From Gammaproteobacteria bacterium (GTDB lineage: Bacteria > Pseudomonadota > Gammaproteobacteria > CAKMZV01): DNA of 64,000 bases. This document shows positions 10,290 through 20,666 of this stretch, piece after piece. Location of the stretch: assembly GCA_965277775.1 (NCBI GenBank), contig OZ255843.1:160306-224305 (forward strand), in the 5' to 3' direction. The notes under the pieces are model-generated. The model was not told the origin of the DNA. It made no database searches and saw only the letters and a list, made by a program, of their open reading frames with translations. A program made the translations under genes and the position numbers. The stretch's first letter is position 1. Each line of letters begins with the position of its first letter.

Positions 10290-11359
10290 TGTTTGCGTTC
10301 AAACTCCGTCATAAATGCAATCAAAGCATCGATACCAGCCATAGGCATCGCATTATAAATACTGGCACGCATGCCACCAATCACGCGATGGCCTCTTAAA
10401 TTTGTCAAACCGTTTGCTTCGGCTTGCGTTAGAAATTGTTCGTCTAAGCTGTCATCAGCCAAGGTAAACGGCACATTCATCCATGAACGCGAGGCCGTTT
10501 CAACTGGATTGTTATAGAAACTGGATGAATCAATGTAGGCATATAATTTCTCAGATTTGGCTTGGTTAATTTGTTCCATGGCTTTAACGCCACCTTTGCC
10601 TTTCAACCATTTTAAACACAAATACGCCAAGTACCAAGTGTAAGTGATGGGGGTATTCAAGCACGACTGATTTTCCAATTGGCTTTTCCAATCAAAGACC
10701 ATTGGCACGCCGGCATCTCGGTCGCCCAACAAATCTTTTTGAACAATAACAACGGTCAAACCCGCGGCGCCTAAATTCTTCTGAGAACCAGCATAAACAA
10801 CGCCATATTTTGACACATCGAGGGGACGCGATAAAATAGAGGAGGTGAAGTCACCGACCAAAGGCACGCCGTTGGTGTCAGGAATGTCATGAAACTCTAC
10901 GCCGACAATGGTTTCATTCGGTGTGAAATGCACATAACTTGCATTTTTGTTTAAATTTAATTCGGACTGTTTGGGGATTCTAAAAATTTCTGAGGTGTCG
11001 GCAGGGATAGACACATCCATGAATCGTTTTGCTTCATGCATGGCCTTATCGCCCCACTGACCCGTCAAAATATAGTCAGCCTGTGGGCCCAAATGCCTCA
11101 AATTCATTGGGATGGCAGTAAATTGACAACAGGCGCCGCCAGGTAAAAAAAGCACATGATAATCATCGGGAATACTCAGCAATTCGCGAAGCAGCGCTTC
11201 GCTTTGGAGCACCACATTATTGAAGGACTCACCACGATGACTGACTTCCATAGCGGACATGCCAGTACCACACCAATCAAGCATTTCTTGTTGTGCTTGT
11301 TGTAAAACCTCCAAAGGCAACATTGAAGGACCGGGACTAAAATTAAATGCTCTTTTCAT
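10286..11359 (-). CDS. serC: Phosphoserine aminotransferase
   Basis: NFSPGP, EVSHR, NETIVG, QKNLG, GHRVIGGMRASIYNA. Confidence 0.97.
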   Translation of the reverse strand: MKRAFNFSPGPSMLPLEVLQQAQQEMLDWCGTGMSAMEVSHRGESFNNVVLQSEALLRELLSIPDDYHVLFLPGGACCQFTAIPMNLRHLGPQADYILTGQWGDKAMHEAKRFMDVSIPADTSEIFRIPKQSELNLNKNASYVHFTPNETIVGVEFHDIPDTNGVPLVGDFTSSILSRPLDVSKYGVVYAGSQKNLGAAGLTVVIVQKDLLGDRDAGVPMVFDWKSQLENQSCLNTPITYTWYLAYLCLKWLKGKGGVKAMEQINQAKSEKLYAYIDSSSFYNNPVETASRSWMNVPFTLADDSLDEQFLTQAEANGLTNLRGHRVIGGMRASIYNAMPMAGIDALIAFMTEFERKQ

Positions 11360-11508
11360 ATATACTCCATTTGCTTAAAAATTGTTAGCCATTGTGTTCA
11401 TTTAGACAGAATTTGTTCACAAAATGGCATCCTTGGTCAAAATCATAAGCCATGATTTTATAACACCTGTATCGAAAGCGGGCAAAGTTTATGAATCTAA
11501 GTTTCTGT

Positions 11509-14175
11509 TTATGCTTCGGGCTCTGTTTGATTTGAGTCATCTGATGTTGATTCTGATGTTGAATTTTGGTCCGCCGCATTGTCTTCTTCAAGCCCTTCAG
11601 TCTCATCTAAAGGCGATTCATCCGCTTCTTCGTCCTCATCTTTTTCAATTCGGGCCACACTCACCAATGATTCATTTTTGTTTAAGCGAATCAAGCGAAC
11701 GCCTTGTGTATTTCGGCTCGTGGAGGAGACTTGATTAATAGCGATGCGCACCATGGTTCCGCCATCAGAAATCAGCATCACTTCATCCTCATCTGACACC
11801 ATAATGGCCGCAGACACCAAACCGTTTCGTTCACTGGTCTTAATTGATATGACCCCTTTTCCGCCTCGGCCCTTAATCGGATATTGTTCAATTTCTGTTC
11901 GTTTGCCATAACCCAATTCAGTTGCAGTCAGCACTTGAGCACCACTTTCGCCTGTCATCATGGCAATGATGGCATCGTCATTGTCTGACATGCGCATGCC
12001 GATCACGCCTTTGGCTGTCCGTCCCACCGTTCGTATGCTGGTCTCTTTAAAATGCACAGATTTACCATGGCGCGAAAATAACAGAATGCTTTGATTACCA
12101 TCGGTCAACATCGCACCAATCATCCGATCATCTTCGTTTAAACCCAAAGCAATGATGCCATTAACCCGAGGTCTGGAATAGCTGGTTAAGCGCGTTTTTT
12201 TAACAATGCCCTTGCGTGTGACCATGAGTATGTACTGATCTTCATGGTATTCTTGTATGGGCAATATGGCGGTGATCTCTTCATTCTCTTGCAAAGATAA
12301 TAAATTGACGATGGGCTTGCCCCGTGCTTGGCGTGACGCAATGGGAATTTCATAAACTTTTTTCCAATACACCTTGCCCGTCGAAGAAAAGCACAGCAAA
12401 GTATCGTGCGAGTTTGCCACAAACATGCGATTAACCATGTCTTCTTGTTTGGTGGCGGCGGCCATTCGGCCTTTGCCTCCGCGTCCTTGGGTTTGATATT
12501 CGGTCAAAGGTTGGGTTTTAACATAACCCATGTACGACATGGTAACCACGCGTTGTTCTCTTGGAATTAAGTCCTCTATGCCTAAGTTTTGGAAATCCGC
12601 TGTGATGCGCGTCAAGCGTGGACTATTGTAACGCCCTTTGATGTCCTCCAATTCGGCTCGAATGACTTTTAATAATTTGTGCGAATTCCTTAAAATCTCC
12701 AACAATTCAGCAATGGAAGACAACAATACTTGGAATTCATCATGAATTTTGTCTTGTTCCAAACCCGTTAAGCGATGCAGTCTGAGATCTAAGATGGCTT
12801 GGGCTTGTAACTCACTCAATTGATAAACGCCTTTGTCAGTTAAGCCCACATTCTTGGGCAGATTCTGAGGCCGACTTTGCTCGAAACCCTCAGCACTGAT
12901 CATTTGTTTTACAATTTCAGCCGGCCAAGCCTTGGCCAATAACATGCTTTTGGCTTCTGTAGGTGAGGCTGAAGATCGGATGATTGAGATCATGTCATCA
13001 ATGTTGGCCAAAGCAATGGCTAAGCCTTCTAATATGTGTGTTCTTGAGCGCGCCTTCGCCAATTCAAATAATGACCGTCGCGTAACGACTTCACCACGAT
13101 GCGCCAAAAAGGCTTCTAAAATCTGTTTTAAATTGAGCAAACACGGTTTGCCGTCTGACAAGGCGACCATGTTGAAGCTGAATGTGCTTTGAATTGCCGT
13201 CATTTTATACAACTGATTCAAAACGATTTCAGGCACATCTCCACGTTTTAATTCAATGACAATGCGCATGCCTTGTTTGTCCGATTCGTCTCTTAAGGCA
13301 CTGATGGATTCGATTTTCTTTTCCTTAACCAGCTCAGCAATGCGCTCAATCAAACGCGCTTTATTTGTGGCGTATGGCAATTCAGTAATGATGATCGCTT
13401 TGCGATCACTGCTCACCTCTTCAAAATGCGATTTTGCACGCAAATGAAGGCGTCCTCGCCCTGTGTGATAAGCTTCTCTTACCCCTGCAACGCCGTTGAT
13501 TTCACCCGCTGTGGGAAAATCTGGGCCAGGCACGTGGGTGATCAATTCATCAATACTGATGTCTGGATTGTGCGACAACGCCAAAGTGGCATCAATGATC
13601 TCGCCCAAATTATGCGGTGGAATATTGGTTGCCATGCCTACGGCAATGCCGCTGGAACCGTTGATTAGTAAATTGGGGACACGGGTCGGTAAGACAAGCG
13701 GTTCTGATTCTGACTCGTCGTAGTTGGGCATGAAGTCAACGGTATTTTTGTCAATGTCTGCTAACATTTCATGTGAAATACGCGCCATGCGGATTTCTGT
13801 ATAACGCATGGCAGCCGCTGCATCGCCATCGACTGAACCAAAATTGCCCTGCCCATCTATGAGCACATTGCGCATAGAAAAGGTTTGTGCCATACGTACA
13901 ATGGCATCATAAACGGCCGTATCGCCATGAGGGTGATACTTACCAATGACATCACCGACAATTCTTGCCGATTTTTTGTGCGCGCCATTGTAACCATTGC
14001 CTAACTCATTCATGGCAAACAACACACGGCGGTGGACGGGCTTTAGACCATCACGAACATCGGGCAAAGCGCGCCCAACGATCACACTCATGGCATAGTC
14101 GAGATAGGAGGTTTTCATCTCATCTTCTAAGGAAGTAAGATGGATATTGTCAGAGATAATTGTTGGGTCTGTCAT
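11509..14175 (-). CDS. gyrA: DNA gyrase subunit A
   Basis: [34 protein letters not shown], GyrA-box QGRGGKG, acidic tail. Confidence 0.99.
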   Translation of the reverse strand: MTDPTIISDNIHLTSLEDEMKTSYLDYAMSVIVGRALPDVRDGLKPVHRRVLFAMNELGNGYNGAHKKSARIVGDVIGKYHPHGDTAVYDAIVRMAQTFSMRNVLIDGQGNFGSVDGDAAAAMRYTEIRMARISHEMLADIDKNTVDFMPNYDESESEPLVLPTRVPNLLINGSSGIAVGMATNIPPHNLGEIIDATLALSHNPDISIDELITHVPGPDFPTAGEINGVAGVREAYHTGRGRLHLRAKSHFEEVSSDRKAIIITELPYATNKARLIERIAELVKEKKIESISALRDESDKQGMRIVIELKRGDVPEIVLNQLYKMTAIQSTFSFNMVALSDGKPCLLNLKQILEAFLAHRGEVVTRRSLFELAKARSRTHILEGLAIALANIDDMISIIRSSASPTEAKSMLLAKAWPAEIVKQMISAEGFEQSRPQNLPKNVGLTDKGVYQLSELQAQAILDLRLHRLTGLEQDKIHDEFQVLLSSIAELLEILRNSHKLLKVIRAELEDIKGRYNSPRLTRITADFQNLGIEDLIPREQRVVTMSYMGYVKTQPLTEYQTQGRGGKGRMAAATKQEDMVNRMFVANSHDTLLCFSSTGKVYWKKVYEIPIASRQARGKPIVNLLSLQENEEITAILPIQEYHEDQYILMVTRKGIVKKTRLTSYSRPRVNGIIALGLNEDDRMIGAMLTDGNQSILLFSRHGKSVHFKETSIRTVGRTAKGVIGMRMSDNDDAIIAMMTGESGAQVLTATELGYGKRTEIEQYPIKGRGGKGVISIKTSERNGLVSAAIMVSDEDEVMLISDGGTMVRIAINQVSSTSRNTQGVRLIRLNKNESLVSVARIEKDEDEEADESPLDETEGLEEDNAADQNSTSESTSDDSNQTEPEA

Positions 14176-14207
14176 AAGCTGAATTTGGCGGCAAAATTGA
14201 AAAAGAA

Positions 14208-14213
14208 ATTATA
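14208..14213 (-). promoter_or_regulatory. Candidate sigma70 -10 box of the gyrA operon
   Basis: Perfect TATAAT about 33 nt upstream of the gyrA ATG; no canonical -35 at 17 bp. Confidence 0.35.
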
Positions 14214-14397
14214 CCTTAAAATGGTGTTTTAAACTGCTCAAACCGTGCATAAGCGGTGCGGTTTTTCACCCATACCGTGTTGGAAAAACGCATCATTTGC
14301 AAGATCGGGAGAGCCCGTGAATTTTTGAGGATTTCTGGTGCAAAAAAGCCTCACTCAGGCGGTAAAAACACCAGGCACGAAAGGCATTAGAAAAGGT

Positions 14398-15159
14398 TTA
14401 TGGTTTACGAGCGATGAAGCGTAAGCGCACATAATCCGCCGTCCAGCCTTGTTCAGCAGAATATCGTTTGGCCTTTAGTTGATCTGTGACTTGTTGGTAG
14501 AACGAAAGCTTTTGCGACGCGCTTAAGGATTGAGTGATCGCTGATGTGAATACTTTCAACCATTCGGTCATACCAGAATCCAAGGGTGTCATACGTTCAA
14601 TCAATTCAATTTTTTCCACCATAAACCCCCCATCTTTCAATGCTTGACTGTATAAGTTAACTGATGGAAAAAACCACGGATTATTGAATGACCCATATTC
14701 AGGATTGACTGAAAATACATGATCTATGGCTTGAACCAGGCTGGCAATGTTACCATCACCGCCCATCTCTGCGACAAAGCGCCCTTCTGGTTTGAGGGCT
14801 TTATAGACATTTGCAATGACTGCTTGATATGATTTCATCCAATGCAGTGCCGCATTTGAGAATACTGCATCAAAACGCGCCTCAAATGACAGGTTGGTCG
14901 CATCCATCACTTGTGATTCTAATCCTTTAGCCTGAGTGCTTGCAACCATGCTGTGGCTAGAATCAACCCCCAAAACCTGAGCGCCAGACTGCGCTATTTT
15001 TAAAGTTAAGCTGCCATCACCGCAGCCTATATCTAAAATGGATTCATTGGCAGTGGGTGCCAACCACGTGTATATAGCTGAACCTAATTCGGCAACAAAG
15101 GCGGTCTTATCAGAATATTTTTTGGCGTGCCAATGATCATCTCTATCAGATTGAGACAT
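14398..15159 (-). CDS. Class I SAM-dependent methyltransferase (Tam-like)
   Basis: ILDIGCGDG, FDAVFSNAALHW, LKPEGRF; start placed at ATG 15159 to avoid overlap with the PhzF gene. Confidence 0.88.
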   Translation of the reverse strand: MSQSDRDDHWHAKKYSDKTAFVAELGSAIYTWLAPTANESILDIGCGDGSLTLKIAQSGAQVLGVDSSHSMVASTQAKGLESQVMDATNLSFEARFDAVFSNAALHWMKSYQAVIANVYKALKPEGRFVAEMGGDGNIASLVQAIDHVFSVNPEYGSFNNPWFFPSVNLYSQALKDGGFMVEKIELIERMTPLDSGMTEWLKVFTSAITQSLSASQKLSFYQQVTDQLKAKRYSAEQGWTADYVRLRFIARKP

Positions 15160-15175
15160 AGCGTTTATAACGTGA

Positions 15176-15961
15176 TTAAATGAGGATGGTGCCACGCATA
15201 TAGAGCACAGCTTGACCAGCAATTTTAATGCGATCACCGTGGAGCGCACATTGAACAATGCCCCCGCGTTTTGACACTTGCTTTGCAACAAAGGTATTTT
15301 TGTTCAACACATCTGCCCAGTACGGCACCAATTTTGTAAATGCTGAACCAGTGACTGGGTCTTCGTCAATGCCAAAATTGGGCACAAAAAAACGATTAAC
15401 AAAATCAAAACTTTCTGAAGGCGCTGTAATGATCACCCCTCGTGCATCAATGCCCCGTAGTTTTAAAACATCTACCTCAGCTTTGATGACGTGTGCCTCG
15501 TGTTCAAAGACGACCAAATAATCCTCAGACTTTAAACAGGCAATGGGCTCTACGCTAAAAGCGGTTCTTATTGCTTCAGGCATTTCGCACGGTTGACACG
15601 GTTGTGCGGGGAAATCCAATTCCAACCAATCCTGCTGGCGTTCTACCGTCAACAGACCACTTTTGCTGTGGAAGCGAATCATCGCGTGCGGAAAATTTGA
15701 ATGTTCAAACAAAACAAAAGCACTGGCTAAGGTTGCATGGCCACATAAATCGATTTCTCGAGTGGGGGTAAACCAACGCAAATCAAAATCGGTGCCATTA
15801 TCATGCGCAACGAAGAATGCCGTTTCAGCCAAATTATTTTCAGAGGCAATGGCCTGCATGGTTGAATCCGGCAACCAGGCTTCTAATGGACAAATCGCTG
15901 CGGGATTGCCCGCAAACAATTGGTGAGTAAAAGCATCCACTTGATACAGTGTTAAAGACAT
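15176..15961 (-). CDS. PhzF-family isomerase
   Basis: QVDAF, GNPAA, NLAETAF, LRWFTP, LCGHATLA, EDPVTGSA. Confidence 0.93.
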   Translation of the reverse strand: MSLTLYQVDAFTHQLFAGNPAAICPLEAWLPDSTMQAIASENNLAETAFFVAHDNGTDFDLRWFTPTREIDLCGHATLASAFVLFEHSNFPHAMIRFHSKSGLLTVERQQDWLELDFPAQPCQPCEMPEAIRTAFSVEPIACLKSEDYLVVFEHEAHVIKAEVDVLKLRGIDARGVIITAPSESFDFVNRFFVPNFGIDEDPVTGSAFTKLVPYWADVLNKNTFVAKQVSKRGGIVQCALHGDRIKIAGQAVLYMRGTILI

Positions 15962-15985
15962 GATGTGTTAGAAATTAATGGTGTT

Positions 15986-16465
15986 TTATAAACCCAAGTC
16001 ACTCAAACCTGGATGATCATCTGGGCGTATGCCTGGCGTCCAAAAGAACTTTCGATCCGCTTCAGCGATGCGTAAGTCATTGATACTGGCATGGCGTCGT
16101 CTCATATAACCTTGCTCATCAAATTCCCAATTTTCATTGCCATACGACCTATACCACTGACCTTGATCATCGTGCCATTCATAGGCAAATCGCGCGGCAA
16201 TTCGATTGCCTTCAAAAGCCCATAACTCTTTGATCAAACGATAAGACAATTCTTTTGCCCATTTTCGTTGCAGAAAAGCCACGATTTCATCACGCCCTCG
16301 TAGAAATTCGGAGCGGTTGCGCCACACACTATCGGGCGTATAAGCCATGGAGACTTTTAAGGGGTCTTTTCCGTTCCAAGCGTTTTCTGCCAAGCGGGTT
16401 TTTTGCGTGGCCGTTTCAAAATCAAAAGGCGGTACTGGCGGGCGAGGTTGTTCAGAATGGGTCAT
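15986..16465 (-). CDS. DUF1348 NTF2/SnoaL-like protein
   Basis: [32 protein letters not shown]. Confidence 0.9.
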   Translation of the reverse strand: MTHSEQPRPPVPPFDFETATQKTRLAENAWNGKDPLKVSMAYTPDSVWRNRSEFLRGRDEIVAFLQRKWAKELSYRLIKELWAFEGNRIAARFAYEWHDDQGQWYRSYGNENWEFDEQGYMRRRHASINDLRIAEADRKFFWTPGIRPDDHPGLSDLGL

Positions 16466-16507
16466 GAGGCGTCTCCTTGTTTAGGCTAAGAAATGATTGA
16501 TTGCCAC

Positions 16508-16930
16508 CTAAGATTTCCATTTTAGACCACAGAATCGACACTGGTGTAATTCTTTTCTCAATGGGAAAATCACCCCACAAATGCCTAAGGTCATAGCCAC
16601 CAGCAATAGTAGATGATTGGGAAAATGACTGTCAAAATCCTTACTTTGACATTGTGGGCACTGATTGTCTTCTATGGTCGGTTGTTCGACTTTAAGCGCC
16701 GTTTCATAAGCGCCGTCTTTGAGGGTTTGCAATATCCCTTGAGCACGCACGACATCGGTCTCAGCCACTTGGACTTGGACCCCACCAACGGCATTGGAGA
16801 AAGACCAATCGGCCCACACCACGTGTTCATTCGCCAATTGCACAGTAATGCCTTCTGATTCTAATAATCCTTTGGTGATGTGCGCCTCCCACGGACTAGT
16901 GTGGGAGGTAATTGTTATGTAATTTGTCAT
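16508..16930 (-). CDS. DUF2007-type protein with CxxC pairs and a TM segment
   Basis: EAHITKGLLESEGI...GGVQVQV, CPQC, CRFC; ATG at 16930. Confidence 0.75.
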   Translation of the reverse strand: MTNYITITSHTSPWEAHITKGLLESEGITVQLANEHVVWADWSFSNAVGGVQVQVAETDVVRAQGILQTLKDGAYETALKVEQPTIEDNQCPQCQSKDFDSHFPNHLLLLVAMTLGICGVIFPLRKELHQCRFCGLKWKS

Positions 16931-17044
16931 AATCTGTATTATAACACCAGCAAAAACGCGTTTTGAGTGCGCATCTGCTGTTAAATTTTTACGCACCGAA
17001 ATAGCCTGATGGGCTCTGCCTCAATACAATGACGATAAGGCCTG

Positions 17045-17338
17045 TTATTTTCTGCGGTTTTGTAGTTTTTCTTTGTGTTTGATGATTTGTGTATCAAGTT
17101 TTGTGATCATATGATCAATGGCCACATACATGTCCAAATCCGATGAATGCGCAAATAAATCATTACCTGAAACGTGGACCTTGCCCTCTGCTATTTGGCT
17201 GTCTTTTTCAATTTTGAGTATGACGTGGGCATTGGTGACGTGATCAAAATGTTTTTCAATTTTTTTGATTTTTTGTTGTACATGGGTTTTAAGCGCTGGT
17301 GAGACATCCATATGTTGTCCAGTAATATTTAATTGCAT
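17045..17338 (-). CDS. hpf: Ribosome hibernation promoting factor
   Basis: MQLNITGQHMDVSPAL, DMYVAID, QIIKHKEK. Confidence 0.93.
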   Translation of the reverse strand: MQLNITGQHMDVSPALKTHVQQKIKKIEKHFDHVTNAHVILKIEKDSQIAEGKVHVSGNDLFAHSSDLDMYVAIDHMITKLDTQIIKHKEKLQNRRK

Positions 17339-17538
17339 ATTAAGCTCCTTTTATGTGCCTGTCATTCTGATAAAAACGGCGAATTGTAAAGATAAAGACC
17401 AATCTATAAGAACGCTACGCAGTTTTTACCCTAGGGGTTTATTATAGAGACAGAAAGGTGATCTGCTTATGTTTTTATGTGGTTATTTTTTGTTGAGCGC
17501 GAAAACAAGCGACAAAACTCAGCCATAGTGCTTGATTG

Positions 17539-18189
17539 CTACAACCCAACTTCTTCGTACTGAATCATCTCTTGCTCATGCGTGGCTTCGGTCAGCCAAT
17601 GTTGCATTTGCGGTGAATTTATAAGTGTCTGCATATATTGTTTTGCACCGGTTTGCACGCCATAGGTGGCAAAGCGCATAACAATGGGTGCATACATGCA
17701 GTCAACCACTGAAAATTTGCCAAATAACCAATCGCCTTCGGCTTTGTTCTCGGCGCGGCATTGAGTCCAAATGGCATCAATGCGATCTATATCGGCTTTG
17801 AGCTCAGGCGTGATTTCAACCGAACGGTTTTTCGCTCGGCAGTTCATAGGCATCGCTTGACGCAAGGCGGTAAATCCTGAATGCATTTCAGCGGCAAAAG
17901 CCCGTGCTTGAGCACGTTTTGCCATAGCCTCAGGCCAACCCTTGCCGTCTAAATAACGTTCAGAAACATACTCACAAATGGCTAAAGAATCCCAAACAGT
18001 TAAATCCCCATCAATCAAAACAGGAACTTGTCTGGTCGGGCCGTATTGGTCAATTTGTGACTCAAAATCATCGGTGTCTAAAGCCAATGGGATTTCGGTA
18101 AATGCCAATCCATAATGGCTTAACATCAGCCATGCTCGCAACGACCAAGACGAATAATTCTTATTGCCAATAACCAGTTGTAGTGCCAT
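17539..18189 (-). CDS. Glutathione S-transferase family protein
   Basis: GNKNYSSWSLR, VPVL, WDSLAICEY, EMHSGF. Confidence 0.93.
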   Translation of the reverse strand: MALQLVIGNKNYSSWSLRAWLMLSHYGLAFTEIPLALDTDDFESQIDQYGPTRQVPVLIDGDLTVWDSLAICEYVSERYLDGKGWPEAMAKRAQARAFAAEMHSGFTALRQAMPMNCRAKNRSVEITPELKADIDRIDAIWTQCRAENKAEGDWLFGKFSVVDCMYAPIVMRFATYGVQTGAKQYMQTLINSPQMQHWLTEATHEQEMIQYEEVGL

Positions 18190-18200
18190 ATAAATCTGCT

Positions 18201-19472
18201 TTATGCTTTGCTCAGCGCTTGTTCAACATCGGCAATAATGTCGTCAATGTGCTCAATACCTACAGATATACGCACCAAGTCTTCAGAAACCCCCGAAAGA
18301 CTCAATTCTTCTGGGTTGAGTTGACGATGGGTGGTTGATGCAGGATGGCAAGCCAAAGATTTGGCATCGCCGATATTGACCAATCGTAAAATCATTTCCA
18401 ATGCATCAATGAATTTGCCACCTGATTCGCTGCCACCTTTAAGACCAAAGCTTAAAATGCCTGATGCCTTACCCTTGGTTATTTTGTGACACAAGTCATG
18501 GTACTTATCGTTGGACAGCCCAGCGTATTTAACCCAGGCAACTTTGGGATGTTTTTGCAAATAAGCCGATAATTTTTCAGCATTCTCACAATGACGATCG
18601 ATGCGCAACCCCAGTGTTTCCAAGCCTTGCAAAATCTGAAAAGCGTTAAATGGCGAAATCGCAGCCCCTGTATTGCGTAGTGGCACGACACGACAGCGTC
18701 CAATATAAGCGGCAGGTCCCAATGCTTCGGTATAAATCACACCATGATAGGAAGGGTCAGGTTCATTGAGCATGGGGAAACGCTTTTTGTGCTTGACCCA
18801 ATCAAATTGACCAGAATCAACGATGATGCCACCGATTGAAGTGCCATGCCCACCCATATACTTGGTCAATGAATGAATGACGATGCTGGCGCCCAACTCA
18901 AAAGGACGGCATAAATACGGCGTTGCAACGGTATTATCGACAATCAATGGAATGCCGTGATCGTCGGCTATCTTGCCCAATTGAACCAAATCAACCACAT
19001 TCCCCGCTGGGTTACCGATGGATTCACAGAAAATCAATTTTGTATTGGCATCGATGGCATTGGCAAATCCTTCAAAATCATCGGCATCAATCATGCGCGC
19101 TTCAATGCCGAGTTTGGGCAATGTATGAGCGAATAGATTGTAAGTGCCGCCGTATAACTGGCTGGTGCTGATGATGTTATCACCTGCTTCACAAATACAT
19201 TGAACCGCATAAGTGATGGCTGACATGCCTGAGGCAACGGCCAAACTGGCAATGCCACCTTCCATCTCAGCCACGCGTTGTTCAAGCACAGCCGCTGTGG
19301 GATTCATAATACGAGTGTAGATATTGCCTTCAACTTTTAAGTCAAACAAATCAGCGCCGTGCTGAGTGTTATCAAAAGTGTAGGAAGTCGTCTGATAAAT
19401 GGGTACAGCTGCCGCTTTGGTTGTTGCTTCTGACTCATAACCGTGATGTAGTGCAATGGATTCAAGTTTCAT
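18201..19472 (-). CDS. metY: O-acetylhomoserine sulfhydrylase
   Basis: PIYQTTSY, IYTRIMNPT, LYGGT, HSLTKY PLP lysine, NIGDAKSL. Confidence 0.92.
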   Translation of the reverse strand: MKLESIALHHGYESEATTKAAAVPIYQTTSYTFDNTQHGADLFDLKVEGNIYTRIMNPTAAVLEQRVAEMEGGIASLAVASGMSAITYAVQCICEAGDNIISTSQLYGGTYNLFAHTLPKLGIEARMIDADDFEGFANAIDANTKLIFCESIGNPAGNVVDLVQLGKIADDHGIPLIVDNTVATPYLCRPFELGASIVIHSLTKYMGGHGTSIGGIIVDSGQFDWVKHKKRFPMLNEPDPSYHGVIYTEALGPAAYIGRCRVVPLRNTGAAISPFNAFQILQGLETLGLRIDRHCENAEKLSAYLQKHPKVAWVKYAGLSNDKYHDLCHKITKGKASGILSFGLKGGSESGGKFIDALEMILRLVNIGDAKSLACHPASTTHRQLNPEELSLSGVSEDLVRISVGIEHIDDIIADVEQALSKA

Positions 19473-19505
19473 AGTTAGACCCTCTGTTCTATAGATTAGA
19501 TAAAA

Positions 19506-20501
19506 TTACTTGGCTTTCATCATCGCCACGGTGGTATCGACCATGCGACACGAATAGCCCCATTCGTTGTCATAATAAGCATTCACATTGACCAATGTGT
19601 CATTGACTTTGGTCAATGAAGGGTCAAATATGCAGCTTACTGGGTTGTGATTAAAATCGGTTGACACTAAGGGCGCATCAACCACACTGATGACGTGATC
19701 GTCGGCGGCCGCTTGCATCATCGCATTGACTTCAGCAACGGTGGTTGAACGACCTGCATCAAAAGTTAGATTGACCAATGAGACATTGATCGTGGGCACC
19801 CGAATGGAGAAGCCATCCAATTTACCCACCAATTGAGGCAAGACCAAGCCTAGGCCAACGGTTGCGCCAGTTTTGGTTGGGATCATCGAATTGACCGCTG
19901 AACGAGCGCGACGCAAATCGTTGTGATACACATCAATGAGGACTTGGTCGTTGGTGAAAGCATGAATGGTCATCATGTTGCCGCGTTCAATGCCTACGCC
20001 TTCGTCCATAACTTTGGCCAAGGGGGCCAAGCAATTTGTTGTACAAGAAGCGTTTGAAACGATTTTATCTGTTGCGGATAACAAGCCCTCATTCACGCCA
20101 TAGACAATGGTTTTTTCAACATCAGTTGCGGGCGCAGAGATCAATACTTTTTTGGCGCCGGCTTGAATGTGCGGCAGACAGGCTGGGCCTTTGGTGAACG
20201 CCCCAGTGCATTCGTGGACCACATCCACACCCAATTCACCCCAAGGTAGATTAGCGGGATTGCGATCAGAATACACTTTTATTCGATCGCCATTGATCAT
20301 CAAATCATCACCATCAACAGCCACCTTAGCGAAAAATTTTCCATGCGTTGAATCGTACTGCGTTAAATGGGCGTTTACATCCAAACTGCCCATGGCATTG
20401 ATGGCAACGACTTGAATGTCATTTTGCTCCATTTCATAAATGGCTCTCAAAGTATTACGACCGATGCGGCCGTATCCATTAATGGCTACTTTTATTGTCA
20501 C
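19506..20501 (-). CDS. gap: Type I glyceraldehyde-3-phosphate dehydrogenase
   Basis: [27 protein letters not shown]; GTG start with AAGGAG RBS. Confidence 0.93.
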   Translation of the reverse strand: MTIKVAINGYGRIGRNTLRAIYEMEQNDIQVVAINAMGSLDVNAHLTQYDSTHGKFFAKVAVDGDDLMINGDRIKVYSDRNPANLPWGELGVDVVHECTGAFTKGPACLPHIQAGAKKVLISAPATDVEKTIVYGVNEGLLSATDKIVSNASCTTNCLAPLAKVMDEGVGIERGNMMTIHAFTNDQVLIDVYHNDLRRARSAVNSMIPTKTGATVGLGLVLPQLVGKLDGFSIRVPTINVSLVNLTFDAGRSTTVAEVNAMMQAAADDHVISVVDAPLVSTDFNHNPVSCIFDPSLTKVNDTLVNVNAYYDNEWGYSCRMVDTTVAMMKAK

Positions 20502-20666
20502 GTGTATATACTCCTTTCAAAAATAATAACAAATAAATAATGAAGATGAATGCTTAGCTGAGTGGCGGTTTAGATTATCTTGCGCGCGATCATGCAGGGT
20601 TTAATTATAGTTAAAAATCCTTCTTTATTCCGCTGTTTTACCTGTGCCCTGTGCGCAATCGTTAAA

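Noticed and set aside
13900-13935. GyrA quinolone-resistance region with Thr at the Ser83-equivalent position
   Set aside because: Thr is wild type in many Gammaproteobacteria
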